Counted from the first letter of the stretch, positions 1 to 10,621 are shown. The stretch is DNA of 38,646 nucleotides from Gammaproteobacteria bacterium RIFCSPLOWO2_02_FULL_61_13 (GCA_001801865.1 MGYT01000166.1:10798-49443), one strand, 5' to 3'. The notes: a model not told the origin generated them from the sequence alone. Program-made: numbers and translations.

Positions 1-1397
1 AGCAGGCCATTCGCCTGCTGCAGCTGTCGAGTGTCGAATTGCAGGCCGAGGTCCAGGAGGCGCTGGAGTCCAATATCATGCTGGAGCTGGATGAACCGGA
101 GTCTGAAGTTGCAGTGGAATTGCCGCCCCAGGAACAGCAGATAAAGGTTGGCGGCCTGGATTCTGCCGCCAGCGCGGACGAGTCCGCGGACAGTCCGGAC
201 GATATGCCGGTGGACACTGCGTGGGACGACGTCTATCAGGGCGGCACAGCCAGCCAGCGCGGCAGTGGAGACGGCGAGTATTCCGGATTCGAAAATCAGA
301 CGGCGCAGGAGGCGACGCTGCGCAATCATCTGCTCTGGCAGTTGAACCTGACCCCGACCAGCGACACTGATCGGACCATTGCCGCGGCGATCATCGACGC
401 GCTGGATAACGACGGCTTTCTGACCAGCACACTGGAAGAGATCCGGCAGGCGCTCGCCCCGCAACTTGAGGTGGACGTGGACGAGGTGCACGCGATGCTG
501 CGCCTGGTGCAGGCCATGGAACCCACCGGGGTCGGCGCGCGCGATTTGCGCGAGTCCCTGTTGCTGCAACTGGCGCAGCTGACCCCGAACATACCGCACC
601 GTGATTGCGCCATGCGGCTCGTGGACGGATACCTGGATCTGCTGGCGGCGCGCGACTACCCGCAGCTGATGCGCCGCCTGAAAATCGGGCGCGAGGAACT
701 GCAGCAGGCGGTTGCGCTGATTCAATCCCTGAACCCACGCCCGGGCAGCCAGGTACAGGATTTGCCGACGCAATATGTGGTCCCGGATGTGTACGTACGG
801 CGCGACCGCAACAGCTGGCGCGTGGAACTGAACACGGACATCATCCCGCAATTGCGCATCAACCCGGGTTACCTGAGCATGGTGCGCCGTGCGGACAGCA
901 GCCCGGACAATTCGTCCCTGAAGAACCACCTACAGGAGGCGCGCTGGCTCATCAAGAGCCTGCAGAGCCGCAGCGAAACCTTGCTCAAGGTCGCCACCTG
1001 CGTGGTCGAACGCCAGCGCGCGTTCCTCGAACACGGGGAGGAGGCCATGCGCCCGCTGGTGTTGCATGACGTGGCACAGGCTCTGGGCATGCACGAATCC
1101 ACCATTTCGCGCGTCACCACCCGGAAATACATGCACACGCCGCGCGGGATCTTTGAGCTCAAATTCTTCTTTTCCAGCCATGTCAGTACCGAGCTGGGCG
1201 GATCCTGTTCTTCCACCGCCATCCGCGCCTTTATCCGCAAACTGATCAGCGCCGAACAGGGCGATCGACCGCTGAGCGACAACCGTATTGCCGCGGTGCT
1301 CAAGGAGCAGGGAATTATCGTGGCGCGCCGCACGGTGGCCAAATACCGGGAGGCGATGGCCATTCCTCCGTCACATGAACGCAAGCGTCTGGGCTGA
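1..1397 (+). CDS. rpoN: RNA polymerase sigma-54 factor (5'-truncated by window edge)
   Basis: Frame is open from base 3 (QAIRLLQLSSVELQ, Region I); HTH HESTISR; RpoN box ARRTVAKYRE. Confidence 0.98.
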   Translation, partial: QAIRLLQLSSVELQAEVQEALESNIMLELDEPESEVAVELPPQEQQIKVGGLDSAASADESADSPDDMPVDTAWDDVYQGGTASQRGSGDGEYSGFENQTAQEATLRNHLLWQLNLTPTSDTDRTIAAAIIDALDNDGFLTSTLEEIRQALAPQLEVDVDEVHAMLRLVQAMEPTGVGARDLRESLLLQLAQLTPNIPHRDCAMRLVDGYLDLLAARDYPQLMRRLKIGREELQQAVALIQSLNPRPGSQVQDLPTQYVVPDVYVRRDRNSWRVELNTDIIPQLRINPGYLSMVRRADSSPDNSSLKNHLQEARWLIKSLQSRSETLLKVATCVVERQRAFLEHGEEAMRPLVLHDVAQALGMHESTISRVTTRKYMHTPRGIFELKFFFSSHVSTELGGSCSSTAIRAFIRKLISAEQGDRPLSDNRIAAVLKEQGIIVARRTVAKYREAMAIPPSHERKRLG

Positions 1398-1454
1398 GTG
1401 CCCGGGCCATTCGCGGTATGGCAGAAAAAACACCCCCTAATAATGGAGCCGAAC

Positions 1455-1781
1455 ATGCAGATCAGCGTGACAGGGCAGAACATTGACATTACCCCCGCCA
1501 TTCGTGCCTATGTGGAAGAAAAATTCGTGCGCCTTGAGCGCCATTTCGAACACATGACCAATGTGCACGTGATCTTGCGGGTGGAACGGGAACGTCACCG
1601 GGCGGAGGCGTCGGTACACGTCAATAAAGCCGACCTGTTTGCCGACCACGAACATTCCGACATGTACGCCGCCATTGACGGCCTGGTGGACAAACTCGAC
1701 CGCCAGGTCAAGAAGCACAAGGAGCGGCTGCAGGATCACCGGCGCGGCGCGCCCCCCAAGAAAGCACCTGAGCCGGACTGA
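1455..1781 (+). CDS. hpf: Ribosome hibernation promoting factor (short HPF/RaiA family)
   Basis: MQISVTGQNIDIT...DMYAAIDGLVDKLDRQVKKHKE; GGAG 6 nt before ATG 1455; canonical position after rpoN. Confidence 0.95.
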   Translation: MQISVTGQNIDITPAIRAYVEEKFVRLERHFEHMTNVHVILRVERERHRAEASVHVNKADLFADHEHSDMYAAIDGLVDKLDRQVKKHKERLQDHRRGAPPKKAPEPD

Positions 1782-1834
1782 CCCTTGCGCCGCAATCCTG
1801 CGACTTCGGATCCGACCCTGGCTGCACGCTGACG

Positions 1835-2713
1835 ATGCCCGCGGCAAAATGCAGCCGGCGTTTCATCGTGGTCACCGGGCTCTCCGGCGCCGGCAAAACC
1901 GTGGCGCTTAATGCGCTGGAAGACCTGGAGTTCTACTGCATCGACAATCTTCCGGCCGGCATGCTGGAGCAGTTCTTTGCGCGCATCGCGCTTGGCGTTG
2001 ATGGCCTCCCGGACGCGGTTGCCGTGGGGATAGATGCGCGAAATCCGGAGCCGGCCCTGGCCGGTGTCCCCGCGCAACTGGGGCAACTGCGCGGTGGTGG
2101 TATTCCCGCCGAAGTCGTATTTCTGGATGCCGGCGACGATGTCCTGGTACGCCGCTTCAGCGAGACGCGCCGGCGCCACCCGCTGTCCGCGGAGCAGACC
2201 ATGCTGCCGGATGCCATCCGCAAGGAGCGCCGGCTGCTGGGGCCGCTGTCCGAGATTGCCGATTTGCGCATCGACACCAGTCTGTGCACCGTGCATGAAC
2301 TGCGCAAGCTGGTGCACGAGCGCGTGGCGCTGCGACCAGCAGCCGTATTGTCGTTGCAATTTATCTCCTTCGGTTACAAGTTCGGCGTGCCGCTGGACGC
2401 GGATTTCGTATTTGACGTGCGTTGCCTGCCGAATCCGCACTGGGAACCCGGACTCCGCAACCTTACCGGCAAGGACCCGGCCGTGGCGGAGTTTCTGCAG
2501 CGCGAACCCGAAGTCCGCGCCATGCTGCAGGACCAATGCGGATTCCTGGATCGCTGGATCCCGCGCTTCGAGGCCGAACAGCGCAGCTACCTCAGCGTTG
2601 CCCTGGGCTGCACCGGGGGGCAACATCGCTCCGTGTACATGGCGCAATGGCTGGCCGGACATATCCAGGCCGGAAACCGGCGCGTCGTGGTTCGGCACCG
2701 GGATCTCGAATGA
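1835..2713 (+). CDS. rapZ: RNase adapter protein RapZ (P-loop NTPase)
   Basis: VTGLSGAGKT Walker A, YCIDNLP, RRFSETRRRHPL, DVRCLPNPHW, GCTGGQHRSV. Confidence 0.96.
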   Translation: MPAAKCSRRFIVVTGLSGAGKTVALNALEDLEFYCIDNLPAGMLEQFFARIALGVDGLPDAVAVGIDARNPEPALAGVPAQLGQLRGGGIPAEVVFLDAGDDVLVRRFSETRRRHPLSAEQTMLPDAIRKERRLLGPLSEIADLRIDTSLCTVHELRKLVHERVALRPAAVLSLQFISFGYKFGVPLDADFVFDVRCLPNPHWEPGLRNLTGKDPAVAEFLQREPEVRAMLQDQCGFLDRWIPRFEAEQRSYLSVALGCTGGQHRSVYMAQWLAGHIQAGNRRVVVRHRDLE

Positions 2714-3102
2714 GCGTCGGCATAGTACTTATTGCCCACGCCGGCATCGGCCCGGCCCTGGCGGGTACCGCCCAATTCGTGCTTGGGGAACTGTCGCTGC
2801 CGCTGCGGGTGGTAGTCGTCTCCCGGGACAGTCGCGCGGAAGAGGTCCTTGAACATCTGCAGGCGGTGACGGCGGAACTGGACCAGGGTGATGGCGTGTT
2901 GATCCTGACCGATATGTACGGCGCCACCCCCACCAATGTTGCGCGCCGGATCAACCCCGGGCGGCCGGTCAAAATTGTCACCGGCGTCAACCTGCCCATG
3001 CTGTTGCACGTTCTCAACTATCCGGGCCGGGACCTGGAGGCCCTGGCGGCCACGGCGCTGGAAGGCGGACGCCAGGGAATCCTGGCCGTGACGGACGACT
3101 GA
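2710..3102 (+). CDS. Stand-alone PTS EIIA component, mannose/fructose family
   Basis: MSVGIVLIAH (phospho-His), LILTDMYGATPTN, GVNLPML; ATGA overlap with rapZ. Confidence 0.92.
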   Translation: MSVGIVLIAHAGIGPALAGTAQFVLGELSLPLRVVVVSRDSRAEEVLEHLQAVTAELDQGDGVLILTDMYGATPTNVARRINPGRPVKIVTGVNLPMLLHVLNYPGRDLEALAATALEGGRQGILAVTDD

Positions 3103-3103
3103 C

Positions 3104-3373
3104 ATGCCGCAACGCTCCATGGTGCTGGTCAACAAACTCGGGCTGCACGCGCGCGCGGCCGCGAGTTTCGTCAAGACTGCCGCGGCGTTCGGTTGCGACA
3201 TTACCGTCAACTGCAACGGCAAGGACGTGAATGGCAAGAGCATCATGGGCGTAATGATGCTGGCGGCAGCCAAGGGCAGTGCCATCGAAGTGACGGCCGA
3301 TGGGCCGGGGGCGGCGGCAGCGCTGGACCGGATTGAGGCGCTGGTGCTGGATCGCTTTGGAGAGGACGAATGA
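3104..3373 (+). CDS. ptsH: HPr-family phosphocarrier protein (HPr/NPr)
   Basis: NKLGLHARAA (His15) and NGKSIMGVMML (Ser46) motifs. Confidence 0.93.
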   Translation: MPQRSMVLVNKLGLHARAAASFVKTAAAFGCDITVNCNGKDVNGKSIMGVMMLAAAKGSAIEVTADGPGAAAALDRIEALVLDRFGEDE

Positions 3374-5136
3374 CCATCGCGCTGCATGGCCTGGGAATAT
3401 CGCGCGGGATCGCCATCGGCCCGGCGCACATCATCGAACGGGGACAGCTGGACATACCCGAGTACGAACTGGAACCGGAGCAGATCCTCGACGAGACACA
3501 GCGCCTGCAGGAGGCGGTGCGGGCCGCGCAGGAGCAATTGCGCGCCATCCGCCAGCACATCCCCGCCGGAACCGCCGCGGAAATAGCCGCGCTCATCGAT
3601 GCCCACATATTGATGCTCGATGATACTGCGCTTATCCACGAGCCACTGCGCCTGATCCGGGAAGAGCGCCGCAACGCCGAATGGGCGCTGAAAGCGCAGC
3701 GCGACGCGCTGGTCCGCACCTTCGAGGAAATGGATGATGCTTATCTGCGCACGCGCCGCGACGACGTCGTGCATGTGGTAAACCGGGTCCAGCGCATCCT
3801 GCTGAGACATTCACCGCTGCGCCACGAGCAACCCGACAGCCGTCTGGCCGGATACATCATCTTCGCCGACGACCTGACACCCGCAGATACGGTGCTCATG
3901 CAGCACCACGGCATTGCCGCATTCGTGACCGAGTACGGCGGACCCACCTCCCATACCTCCATCCTGGCCCGCAGCCTGGGCATCCCCGCCATCGTCGGCC
4001 TGCATCAGGCCCACGTCTACATTCGGGATGAGGATCCGACCATCGTGGATGGCAGCCGTGGCGTGGTGCTGGTGGACCCGGACGCTGCCAGCCTGGAGTT
4101 TTATCGATCCCGCCGCGAGCAGGATCAGCGCTATTACTCCGGCCTGATCCGCCTCAAGGGCGCACCCGCGTGTACGCAGGATGGTGTGCGCATCCAGTTG
4201 CAGGCGAACGTCGAGTTACCCAGGGACTTCGAGCACGTGTTGCAGGTGGGTGCGGACGGAATTGGCCTGTACCGGACCGAGTTTCTGTTCATGAACCGCG
4301 CGGCGCCCCCGGATGAAGAGGAGCAATACCAGAATTATCTGCGCGCGGTCCAGGTGCTGGGCCGGCTGCCGGTGACCATTCGCACACTGGATCTGGGCGC
4401 GGACAAGGAGGCAGACAACCGCCGCCATGGGCCGCTGGCAGCAAATCCGGCGCTCGGCCTGCGCGCCGTGCGGCTTTGCCTCAAGGAACCGGCCCTGTTC
4501 CGGCCGCAGTTGCGCGCCATCCTGCGCGCTTCGGCGGCGGGCGACGTACGCCTGATGATCCCGATGCTTTCCAACCTCCACGAGGTGGAACAGGTGCTGG
4601 ATATGATCGACGACAGCAAGCGCGATCTAAGCAGCGCGGGTATGCAGTTCAATCCCGACCTTCCTGTCGGTGGCATGATCGAAGTTCCGGCGGCCGCAGT
4701 ATGCGCGGACATGTTCGCGCAGCGCCTGGACTTCCTGTCCATCGGCACCAACGACCTGATCCAGTACACCATGGCCATTGATCGGGTGAATGACGAGGTC
4801 AATTACCTGTATGACCCGCTGCATCCGGCGGTGCTGCGGCTGGTGTATGGCACCATTGCCGCCGGCCTCGCCGCCGGGATACCCGTGGCCATGTGTGGCG
4901 AAATGGCGGGGGATATTCGCTATGTGCGCCTGCTGCTGGCGCTCGGTCTGCGCACGTTCAGCGTGCATCCGTCCAGCCTGCTGGAGGTAAAACAGTTGAT
5001 CATGGAAAGCGAGATGGGGCCGCTGCAGGAACTGGCACGGCGCGCATTGGCAGCCCCGGGCGGCACGGAAGTCGCGACAATTCTGGAAGAATTTCGCCTG
5101 CCGGCAGGGGCGGGCGCGAACAGCACTACCAGCTGA
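3370..5136 (+). CDS. ptsI: Phosphoenolpyruvate-protein phosphotransferase (PTS enzyme I, no GAF domain)
   Basis: GGPTSHTSI phospho-His, GIGLYRTEFLF, DFLSIGTNDLIQY, MCGEMAG; 588 aa. Confidence 0.96.
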   Translation: MTIALHGLGISRGIAIGPAHIIERGQLDIPEYELEPEQILDETQRLQEAVRAAQEQLRAIRQHIPAGTAAEIAALIDAHILMLDDTALIHEPLRLIREERRNAEWALKAQRDALVRTFEEMDDAYLRTRRDDVVHVVNRVQRILLRHSPLRHEQPDSRLAGYIIFADDLTPADTVLMQHHGIAAFVTEYGGPTSHTSILARSLGIPAIVGLHQAHVYIRDEDPTIVDGSRGVVLVDPDAASLEFYRSRREQDQRYYSGLIRLKGAPACTQDGVRIQLQANVELPRDFEHVLQVGADGIGLYRTEFLFMNRAAPPDEEEQYQNYLRAVQVLGRLPVTIRTLDLGADKEADNRRHGPLAANPALGLRAVRLCLKEPALFRPQLRAILRASAAGDVRLMIPMLSNLHEVEQVLDMIDDSKRDLSSAGMQFNPDLPVGGMIEVPAAAVCADMFAQRLDFLSIGTNDLIQYTMAIDRVNDEVNYLYDPLHPAVLRLVYGTIAAGLAAGIPVAMCGEMAGDIRYVRLLLALGLRTFSVHPSSLLEVKQLIMESEMGPLQELARRALAAPGGTEVATILEEFRLPAGAGANSTTS

Positions 5137-5503
5137 AAATGACCCACTGGGGCACGGCGAAATCCTCATACAGGTCCGACATGCGGGATTCCATGCGGCC
5201 GTCCCCATCCTTATCCAGCAGGTAATAGGGTTTGCCCACCTTGGGCGTGATCTTGACCATGAACATGCGGCCGTTGGCGCGGTATTCCTCCACCACCGCA
5301 TCGCCTTTGCGCACGATGGTGACATCCGGCTCAATAGGCTGGCCGTCCTCAAGCCGATCCGGCAGGTCCGGCGGGGTCGGGTCCGGGACCAGTTCCTCCG
5401 CAGCCGGCTCCGGGGCGGCCGTGGGCGCCGGCGCGGGCTCCTGCGCGATTGCGCCCACGGGGAACAGCGCGCATATCAAAAGGGGTAACAGGATTCGCTT
5501 CAT
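5126..5503 (-). CDS. Exported DUF2782-family protein
   Basis: Signal peptide, Pro/Ala linker, EPDVTI...VEEYRANG...KITPKVGKPYYLLD...VPQWVIFSW; usual neighbour of polA in gammaproteobacteria. Confidence 0.8.
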   Translation of the reverse strand: MKRILLPLLICALFPVGAIAQEPAPAPTAAPEPAAEELVPDPTPPDLPDRLEDGQPIEPDVTIVRKGDAVVEEYRANGRMFMVKITPKVGKPYYLLDKDGDGRMESRMSDLYEDFAVPQWVIFSW

Positions 5504-5526
5504 GCTCGCATTCCGTCCGTTGCTGT

Positions 5527-6243
5527 CTAAATGTCCAGGATTGGCGCCTTGTCCGGGGCGCCGGGTTTGATTCCGCGTTGTTCATAATAACGGAAAATGG
5601 CATCCACCACCTGCTGCGGGGTATCCACCACGGCGAACAAATCCAGGTCGGCGGGACTGATGGTGCCGTGCTCCAGCATCGCCCCCCGGAACCATTGCAT
5701 CAGGCCTGCCCAGAACGGCGTATGCACGAGGATGATGGGGATACGGCGACTCTTGCCGGTCTGGATCAGGGTCAGAATTTCGCAGAATTCATCCAGCGTG
5801 CCGAAGCCGCCGGGCAAAACCACATAGGCCGAGGCGTATTTGACGAACATCACCTTGCGTGAAAAGAAATGCCGGAAGTAGAGCGCCTCGTCCTGGTAGT
5901 GGTTGGCGATCTGTTCCCGGGGCAACTGGATATTCAAGCCGATGCTGGGGGACTTGCCGGCATAGGCGCCCTTGTTGCACGCCTCCATGATCCCGGGTCC
6001 GCCGCCGGTGACGACACTGAATCCGGCATCCGAAATCAGGCGCGCAATTTCCTCGCCCAAGACGTAAAACGGACTGCCCGGCGGCTGGCGCGCGGAGCCA
6101 AACATGCTTACTGAGGGTTTGATATTGGCGAGACGCTCGAAACCCTCCACGAACTCGGCCATAATCTGGAACACCTTCCATGACTCACGTGTGAGGTCAG
6201 AGTCGCTGGCCCCGCGCGCAGCGGAATTTCTCTTGTCGTTCAT
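5527..6243 (-). CDS. LOG-family (TIGR00730) nucleotide monophosphate nucleosidase, Rossmann fold
   Basis: SMFGSAR, TGGGPGIMEA, RKVMFVKY, PGGFGTLDE. Confidence 0.92.
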   Translation of the reverse strand: MNDKRNSAARGASDSDLTRESWKVFQIMAEFVEGFERLANIKPSVSMFGSARQPPGSPFYVLGEEIARLISDAGFSVVTGGGPGIMEACNKGAYAGKSPSIGLNIQLPREQIANHYQDEALYFRHFFSRKVMFVKYASAYVVLPGGFGTLDEFCEILTLIQTGKSRRIPIILVHTPFWAGLMQWFRGAMLEHGTISPADLDLFAVVDTPQQVVDAIFRYYEQRGIKPGAPDKAPILDI

Positions 6244-6279
6244 GATGTCTCTTGATCCTGCCAATCAATTGGGTACCCG

Positions 6280-8982
6280 ATGAGCGCCAAAAAACTGGTG
6301 CTGGTAGACGGATCATATTATCTGTTCCGTGCCTTCCACGCGCTGCCGCCCTTGACCAGCTCGTCCGGCGAACCCACCGGCGCCATCTTCGGCGTCATGG
6401 GCATGTTGAAAAAACTGCTGGCGGAACAGCGCCCGGATTATTTTGCCGTGGTCTTCGATCCGAAGGGCGACACGTTTCGCAATGAACTTTACCCCGCCTA
6501 CAAGGCCAACCGGCCGCCCATCGATCCGGAGCTTGCCTGCCAGATCGGGCCGCTGCAGGAGATCATCGCGGCTCTCGGCGTGCCGCTGCTCGTCATCGAT
6601 GGCGTCGAGGCGGACGATGTGCTCGCCACGCTGGCGCGGCGTGCCGCGGAACGAGGCGTCGAAACCGTCATATCCAGCGGCGACAAGGACCTGGCCCAGA
6701 TCGTCAATGATCGCATCCGACTCATCAACACCATGACCGGAGTGGTGCTCGACCCGGACGGCGTCAAGGAAAAATATGGCGTCACGCCGGCGCAGATTGT
6801 CGACTACCTGACGCTGGTCGGTGACACGGTCGACAATGTCCCGGGGGTGCCGAAAGTCGGCCCGAAGACCGCAGCCAAGTGGCTGGCAGAGTATGGCAGC
6901 CTGGAGTCCGTGCTCACCAATGCGCACAACATCAAGGGCAAGATCGGCGAATATTTACGCGCCGCCATCCCGCACCTGCCGCTGACGCGACAGCTGGTCA
7001 CACTGAAGATGGACGTGGACCTGCCATTGGAACCGGAAGACCTGGTGCGCGCCCCTCCTGATGTCGCGCGCCTGCAGCCGCTGCTGGAACGGTATGAATT
7101 GCGCGGGTGGAGCGAGGCCGCCACCACACCCGCCCCGCAACCGCAGGTGCCCGGCCCGCTGGCCGCGGTGTCGGTCCCGGCATACGAAACGGTGCTTGAT
7201 GCGACGCAACTCGCGGCATGGGTGGAACGACTCAAGACCGCCGAACTAATCGCCGTGGATACCGAGACCACCGGCCTCGACCCGATGACGGCCCGGCTGG
7301 TCGGCATCTCGTTCACCGATCGCGCCGGCGCGGCCGCCTACGTCCCCGTCGGCCATGACTATCCGGGGGCACAGAACCAATTACCGCTGTCCCGGGCGCT
7401 GGATCTGCTGCGGCCTGTGCTCGAAGCGGAACAACCGGCCAAGCTCGGACATAACATCAAATACGATCTCAGCGTATTTGCCATGCATGGCATCAACCTG
7501 GCCGGCATCCGTCATGACTCCATGCTCGAGTCCTATGTGATCGACAGCACCGGTTCGCGCCATGACATGGATTCATTAGCCGAACAAAGGCTGCGCCGCA
7601 AGACCATTCATTACGAAGACGTGACCGGGAAAGGCGCGCGGCAGATCTCGTTCAGCCAGGTGGCCATTGACGTGGCGACCGCTTATGCGGCGGAAGACGC
7701 GGAAGTGACGCTGGCATTGCACCAAAACATGTGGCCGGTGCTGCAATCGACCGCGGGCCTGCGCGAAGTCTATGAGCAGCTGGAGATGCCGCTGGTGCCG
7801 GTGCTATCCCGCATGGAGCGTTGCGGCGTCAAGGTTGACGCGCACATGCTGCGGCAGCAGGGACACGAACTTGCGCAACGCATGGGCGAGCTGGAGGAGC
7901 AGGCCTACGCCGTGGCCGGCCAGCGCTTCAACATCGCCTCACCCAAACAGATCCGGGAAATCCTGTATGAAAAAATGAACCTGCCGGTCACGGAGAAAAC
8001 CGGCACCGGCCAGCCCTCGACCGCAGAGTCGGCGCTTCAGGACCTGGCCGATGAGTATGAACTGCCGCGATTGATCCTTGACCACCGCGCGCTCAGCAAG
8101 CTGAAATCCACCTACACGGATCGACTGCCGCAACAGGTGAATGAAGACACCGGCCGCGTGCACACGTCATATCATCAGGCGGTTGCCGCCACCGGCCGCC
8201 TTTCCTCCTCCGATCCGAACCTGCAGAACATCCCGATTCGCACCGCGGAGGGGCGCCGCATCCGCCAGGCCTTCGTGGCCGGGCCAGGCAACGTGCTGGT
8301 CGCGGCCGATTACTCCCAGATTGAGCTGCGCATCATGGCCCACCTGTCCGGGGACGCCCGGCTGCTGCAGGCCTTTGCCGCGGGCGAGGACGTGCATCGG
8401 CTTACAGCCGCGGAGGTATTTAACGTGGCGTTGGATTTGGTGACACCGGAACAGCGGCGCGCCGCCAAGGCCATCAATTTTGGCCTTATCTATGGCATGA
8501 GCCCATTCGGGCTGGCGCGACAGCTCGGCATTGAACGCAGTGCTGCCAGGGAATACGTGGATCTTTATTTTCAACGCTACCCCGCGGTGCGGGAATTCAT
8601 GGACCGCACCCGGCGCGAGGCCCATGATCGGGGCTACGTGGAAACGGTGTTCAGGCGCCGCTTGTATCTGCCGGACATCAACGCCCGCGACAATGCGCGG
8701 CGCCAGTATGCCGAGCGTACCGCCATCAATGCCCCCATGCAGGGCACTGCCGCCGACATCATCAAGCGCGCCATGATTGCCATAGACACCATGTTGCCGG
8801 ACCGTTTCCCGGAGGCGCATATGATCATGCAGGTGCATGACGAGCTGGTATTTGAGGTCCCGGAACCGGGTGCCGAGGCGCTGTGCGCGGCCGTGGCAGA
8901 GATAATGTCCGGCGCGGCCCGTCTCAGCGTCCCGCTGGCCGTGGATACCGGCAAGGGCAAAAACTGGGACGAGGCCCATTGA
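6280..8982 (+). CDS. polA: DNA polymerase I
   Basis: 5'-3' exonuclease LVDGSYYLFRAFH, 3'-5' exonuclease DTETT, polymerase motifs ADYSQIELR, AKAINFGLIYG, QVHDEL. Confidence 0.99.
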   Translation: MSAKKLVLVDGSYYLFRAFHALPPLTSSSGEPTGAIFGVMGMLKKLLAEQRPDYFAVVFDPKGDTFRNELYPAYKANRPPIDPELACQIGPLQEIIAALGVPLLVIDGVEADDVLATLARRAAERGVETVISSGDKDLAQIVNDRIRLINTMTGVVLDPDGVKEKYGVTPAQIVDYLTLVGDTVDNVPGVPKVGPKTAAKWLAEYGSLESVLTNAHNIKGKIGEYLRAAIPHLPLTRQLVTLKMDVDLPLEPEDLVRAPPDVARLQPLLERYELRGWSEAATTPAPQPQVPGPLAAVSVPAYETVLDATQLAAWVERLKTAELIAVDTETTGLDPMTARLVGISFTDRAGAAAYVPVGHDYPGAQNQLPLSRALDLLRPVLEAEQPAKLGHNIKYDLSVFAMHGINLAGIRHDSMLESYVIDSTGSRHDMDSLAEQRLRRKTIHYEDVTGKGARQISFSQVAIDVATAYAAEDAEVTLALHQNMWPVLQSTAGLREVYEQLEMPLVPVLSRMERCGVKVDAHMLRQQGHELAQRMGELEEQAYAVAGQRFNIASPKQIREILYEKMNLPVTEKTGTGQPSTAESALQDLADEYELPRLILDHRALSKLKSTYTDRLPQQVNEDTGRVHTSYHQAVAATGRLSSSDPNLQNIPIRTAEGRRIRQAFVAGPGNVLVAADYSQIELRIMAHLSGDARLLQAFAAGEDVHRLTAAEVFNVALDLVTPEQRRAAKAINFGLIYGMSPFGLARQLGIERSAAREYVDLYFQRYPAVREFMDRTRREAHDRGYVETVFRRRLYLPDINARDNARRQYAERTAINAPMQGTAADIIKRAMIAIDTMLPDRFPEAHMIMQVHDELVFEVPEPGAEALCAAVAEIMSGAARLSVPLAVDTGKGKNWDEAH

Positions 8983-9032
8983 GGGCGCTGCGGCTCCGAC
9001 CCGACACCGCCCCTAGTGTTCGACAACACCTG

Positions 9033-9041
9033 TGCTAACAT
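9033..9041 (+). promoter_or_regulatory. Candidate extended -10 promoter for hisA
   Basis: TG-C-TAACAT in the 133-bp polA-hisA spacer; no good -35. Confidence 0.35.
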
Positions 9042-9115
9042 TTGCCGAAAATCCGCCCTGCCCGCCCATCGCGTAGCCTACGGCTGTACCCTCGACGACG
9101 TTCACCGCATTCCAC

Positions 9116-9856
9116 ATGGAACTGATCCCGGCCATTGATATCAAGGACGGCAAGTGCGTGCGCTTGCGACAGGGGCGCATGGACGCCGAAACCGTGTACG
9201 GGGATCCGGTACAGATGGCGGAGCGCTGGGTGTCCGCCGGGGCGCGCCGCCTGCACCTGGTTGATCTCAATGGCGCTGTCAATGGTCGCCCCGGCAATGC
9301 GGACATTATTCACGCCATTGCGGAAAAACACCGGGGCATCATCATTCAGGTCGGCGGTGGCATTCGCGACGAGGACACCATCCAGACTTACCTGAACGCC
9401 GGTGTGAACTTTGTCATCATCGGGACGCGCGCGGTGACCACGCCGCATTTCGTCTCCGATGTTTGCCTTGAGTTCCCCGGTCACATCATCGTCAGCCTGG
9501 ATGCCAAAGACGGCAAACTGGCCACGGAAGGGTGGTCCAAGCTTTCACACCATGACGTGGTGGACATGGCGCGCCGCTTCGAGGACGAGGGCGTGGCGAG
9601 CATTGTCTACACCGACATCGGCCGTGACGGCATGCTGAGCAGCGTCAATGTCGAATCCACGGTGCGCCTGTGCCGGCAGGTCAAAATCCCCGTTATTGCC
9701 TCCGGCGGCATTCAAAATCTGGACGACATCCGCGCCCTGTGCGCGGCGGCGAGCGAAGGCATTGTCGGCGCCATCACCGGCCGCGCGATCTACGAGGGAA
9801 CCCTGGACTTTACCGCCGCACAAAAGCTTGCCGACAAGCTTTGTTCCGGGCGTTGA
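9116..9856 (+). CDS. hisA: ProFAR isomerase
   Basis: [39 protein letters not shown]. Confidence 0.97.
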   Translation: MELIPAIDIKDGKCVRLRQGRMDAETVYGDPVQMAERWVSAGARRLHLVDLNGAVNGRPGNADIIHAIAEKHRGIIIQVGGGIRDEDTIQTYLNAGVNFVIIGTRAVTTPHFVSDVCLEFPGHIIVSLDAKDGKLATEGWSKLSHHDVVDMARRFEDEGVASIVYTDIGRDGMLSSVNVESTVRLCRQVKIPVIASGGIQNLDDIRALCAAASEGIVGAITGRAIYEGTLDFTAAQKLADKLCSGR

Positions 9857-9862
9857 GGTCCC

Positions 9863-10621
9863 GTGGGTCTGGCCAAACGCATCATCCCCTGCCTGGACGT
9901 GGATCGGGGGCGGGTGGTCAAAGGTGTGCGTTTCCAGGATATTGTTGACGCCGGCGACCCGGTGGAAGTCGCGCGCCGCTATGACCAGCAAGGCGCCGAT
10001 GAGCTGGCCTTCCTTGACATCACCGCCAGCAGCGATCAACGCAATACCATGGTGGACGTGGTGGAGGCCGTGGCGGCGCAGGTGTTCATCCCGTTGACCG
10101 TGGGTGGCGGCATCCGCACTCTGGACGATATCCGGCGGCTTTTGCTGGCGGGCGCAGACAAGGTCAGCATCAACACCGCAGCAGTGCAACGGCCCGAATT
10201 CGTGGCCGAGGCGGCGCGTGAATTCGGCTGCCAGTGCATTGTCGTCGCCATTGACGCCAAGCGCGTCAACCCGGGCTGGGAGGTGTTTACGCACGGCGGG
10301 CGCCGCGGCACCGGCCTCGACGCAGTCCATTGGGCATGCCGCATGTGCGAGGCCGGCGCCGGGGAAATCCTGCTGACCAGCATGGACAAGGACGGCACGC
10401 GCAGCGGCTTTGATCTTGAACTTACCCGCGCCGTCAGCGCCGCGGTGCCCGTGCCGGTCATTGCCTCGGGCGGCGTCGGCAATCTGGACGATCTGGTGGA
10501 CGGCATCCGCATCGGCCAAGCGGATGCTGTGCTCGCGGCCAGCATCTTTCATTTCGGCGAGCATACCGTTCTGGACGCAAAGCAGTGCCTGGCCCGGCAC
10601 GGCATTGAAGTGCGCTTGTGA
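9863..10621 (+). CDS. hisF: Imidazole glycerol phosphate synthase cyclase subunit
   Basis: [46 protein letters not shown]; GTG start. Confidence 0.97.
   Translation: MGLAKRIIPCLDVDRGRVVKGVRFQDIVDAGDPVEVARRYDQQGADELAFLDITASSDQRNTMVDVVEAVAAQVFIPLTVGGGIRTLDDIRRLLLAGADKVSINTAAVQRPEFVAEAAREFGCQCIVVAIDAKRVNPGWEVFTHGGRRGTGLDAVHWACRMCEAGAGEILLTSMDKDGTRSGFDLELTRAVSAAVPVPVIASGGVGNLDDLVDGIRIGQADAVLAASIFHFGEHTVLDAKQCLARHGIEVRL

Noticed and set aside
1782-1834. Short palindromes TTGCG-C-CGCAA and TCGGATCCGA as a terminator, sRNA or ptsN/hprK remnant
   Set aside because: Stems are only 5 bp, there is no U-tract, and no recognisable residual coding similarity
2587-3810. 407-aa minus-strand ORF (similarly 1736-2698, 9545-10762, 14671-15906, 35506-36366)
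   Set aside because: Lies antisense to well-supported conserved genes and has no family motifs
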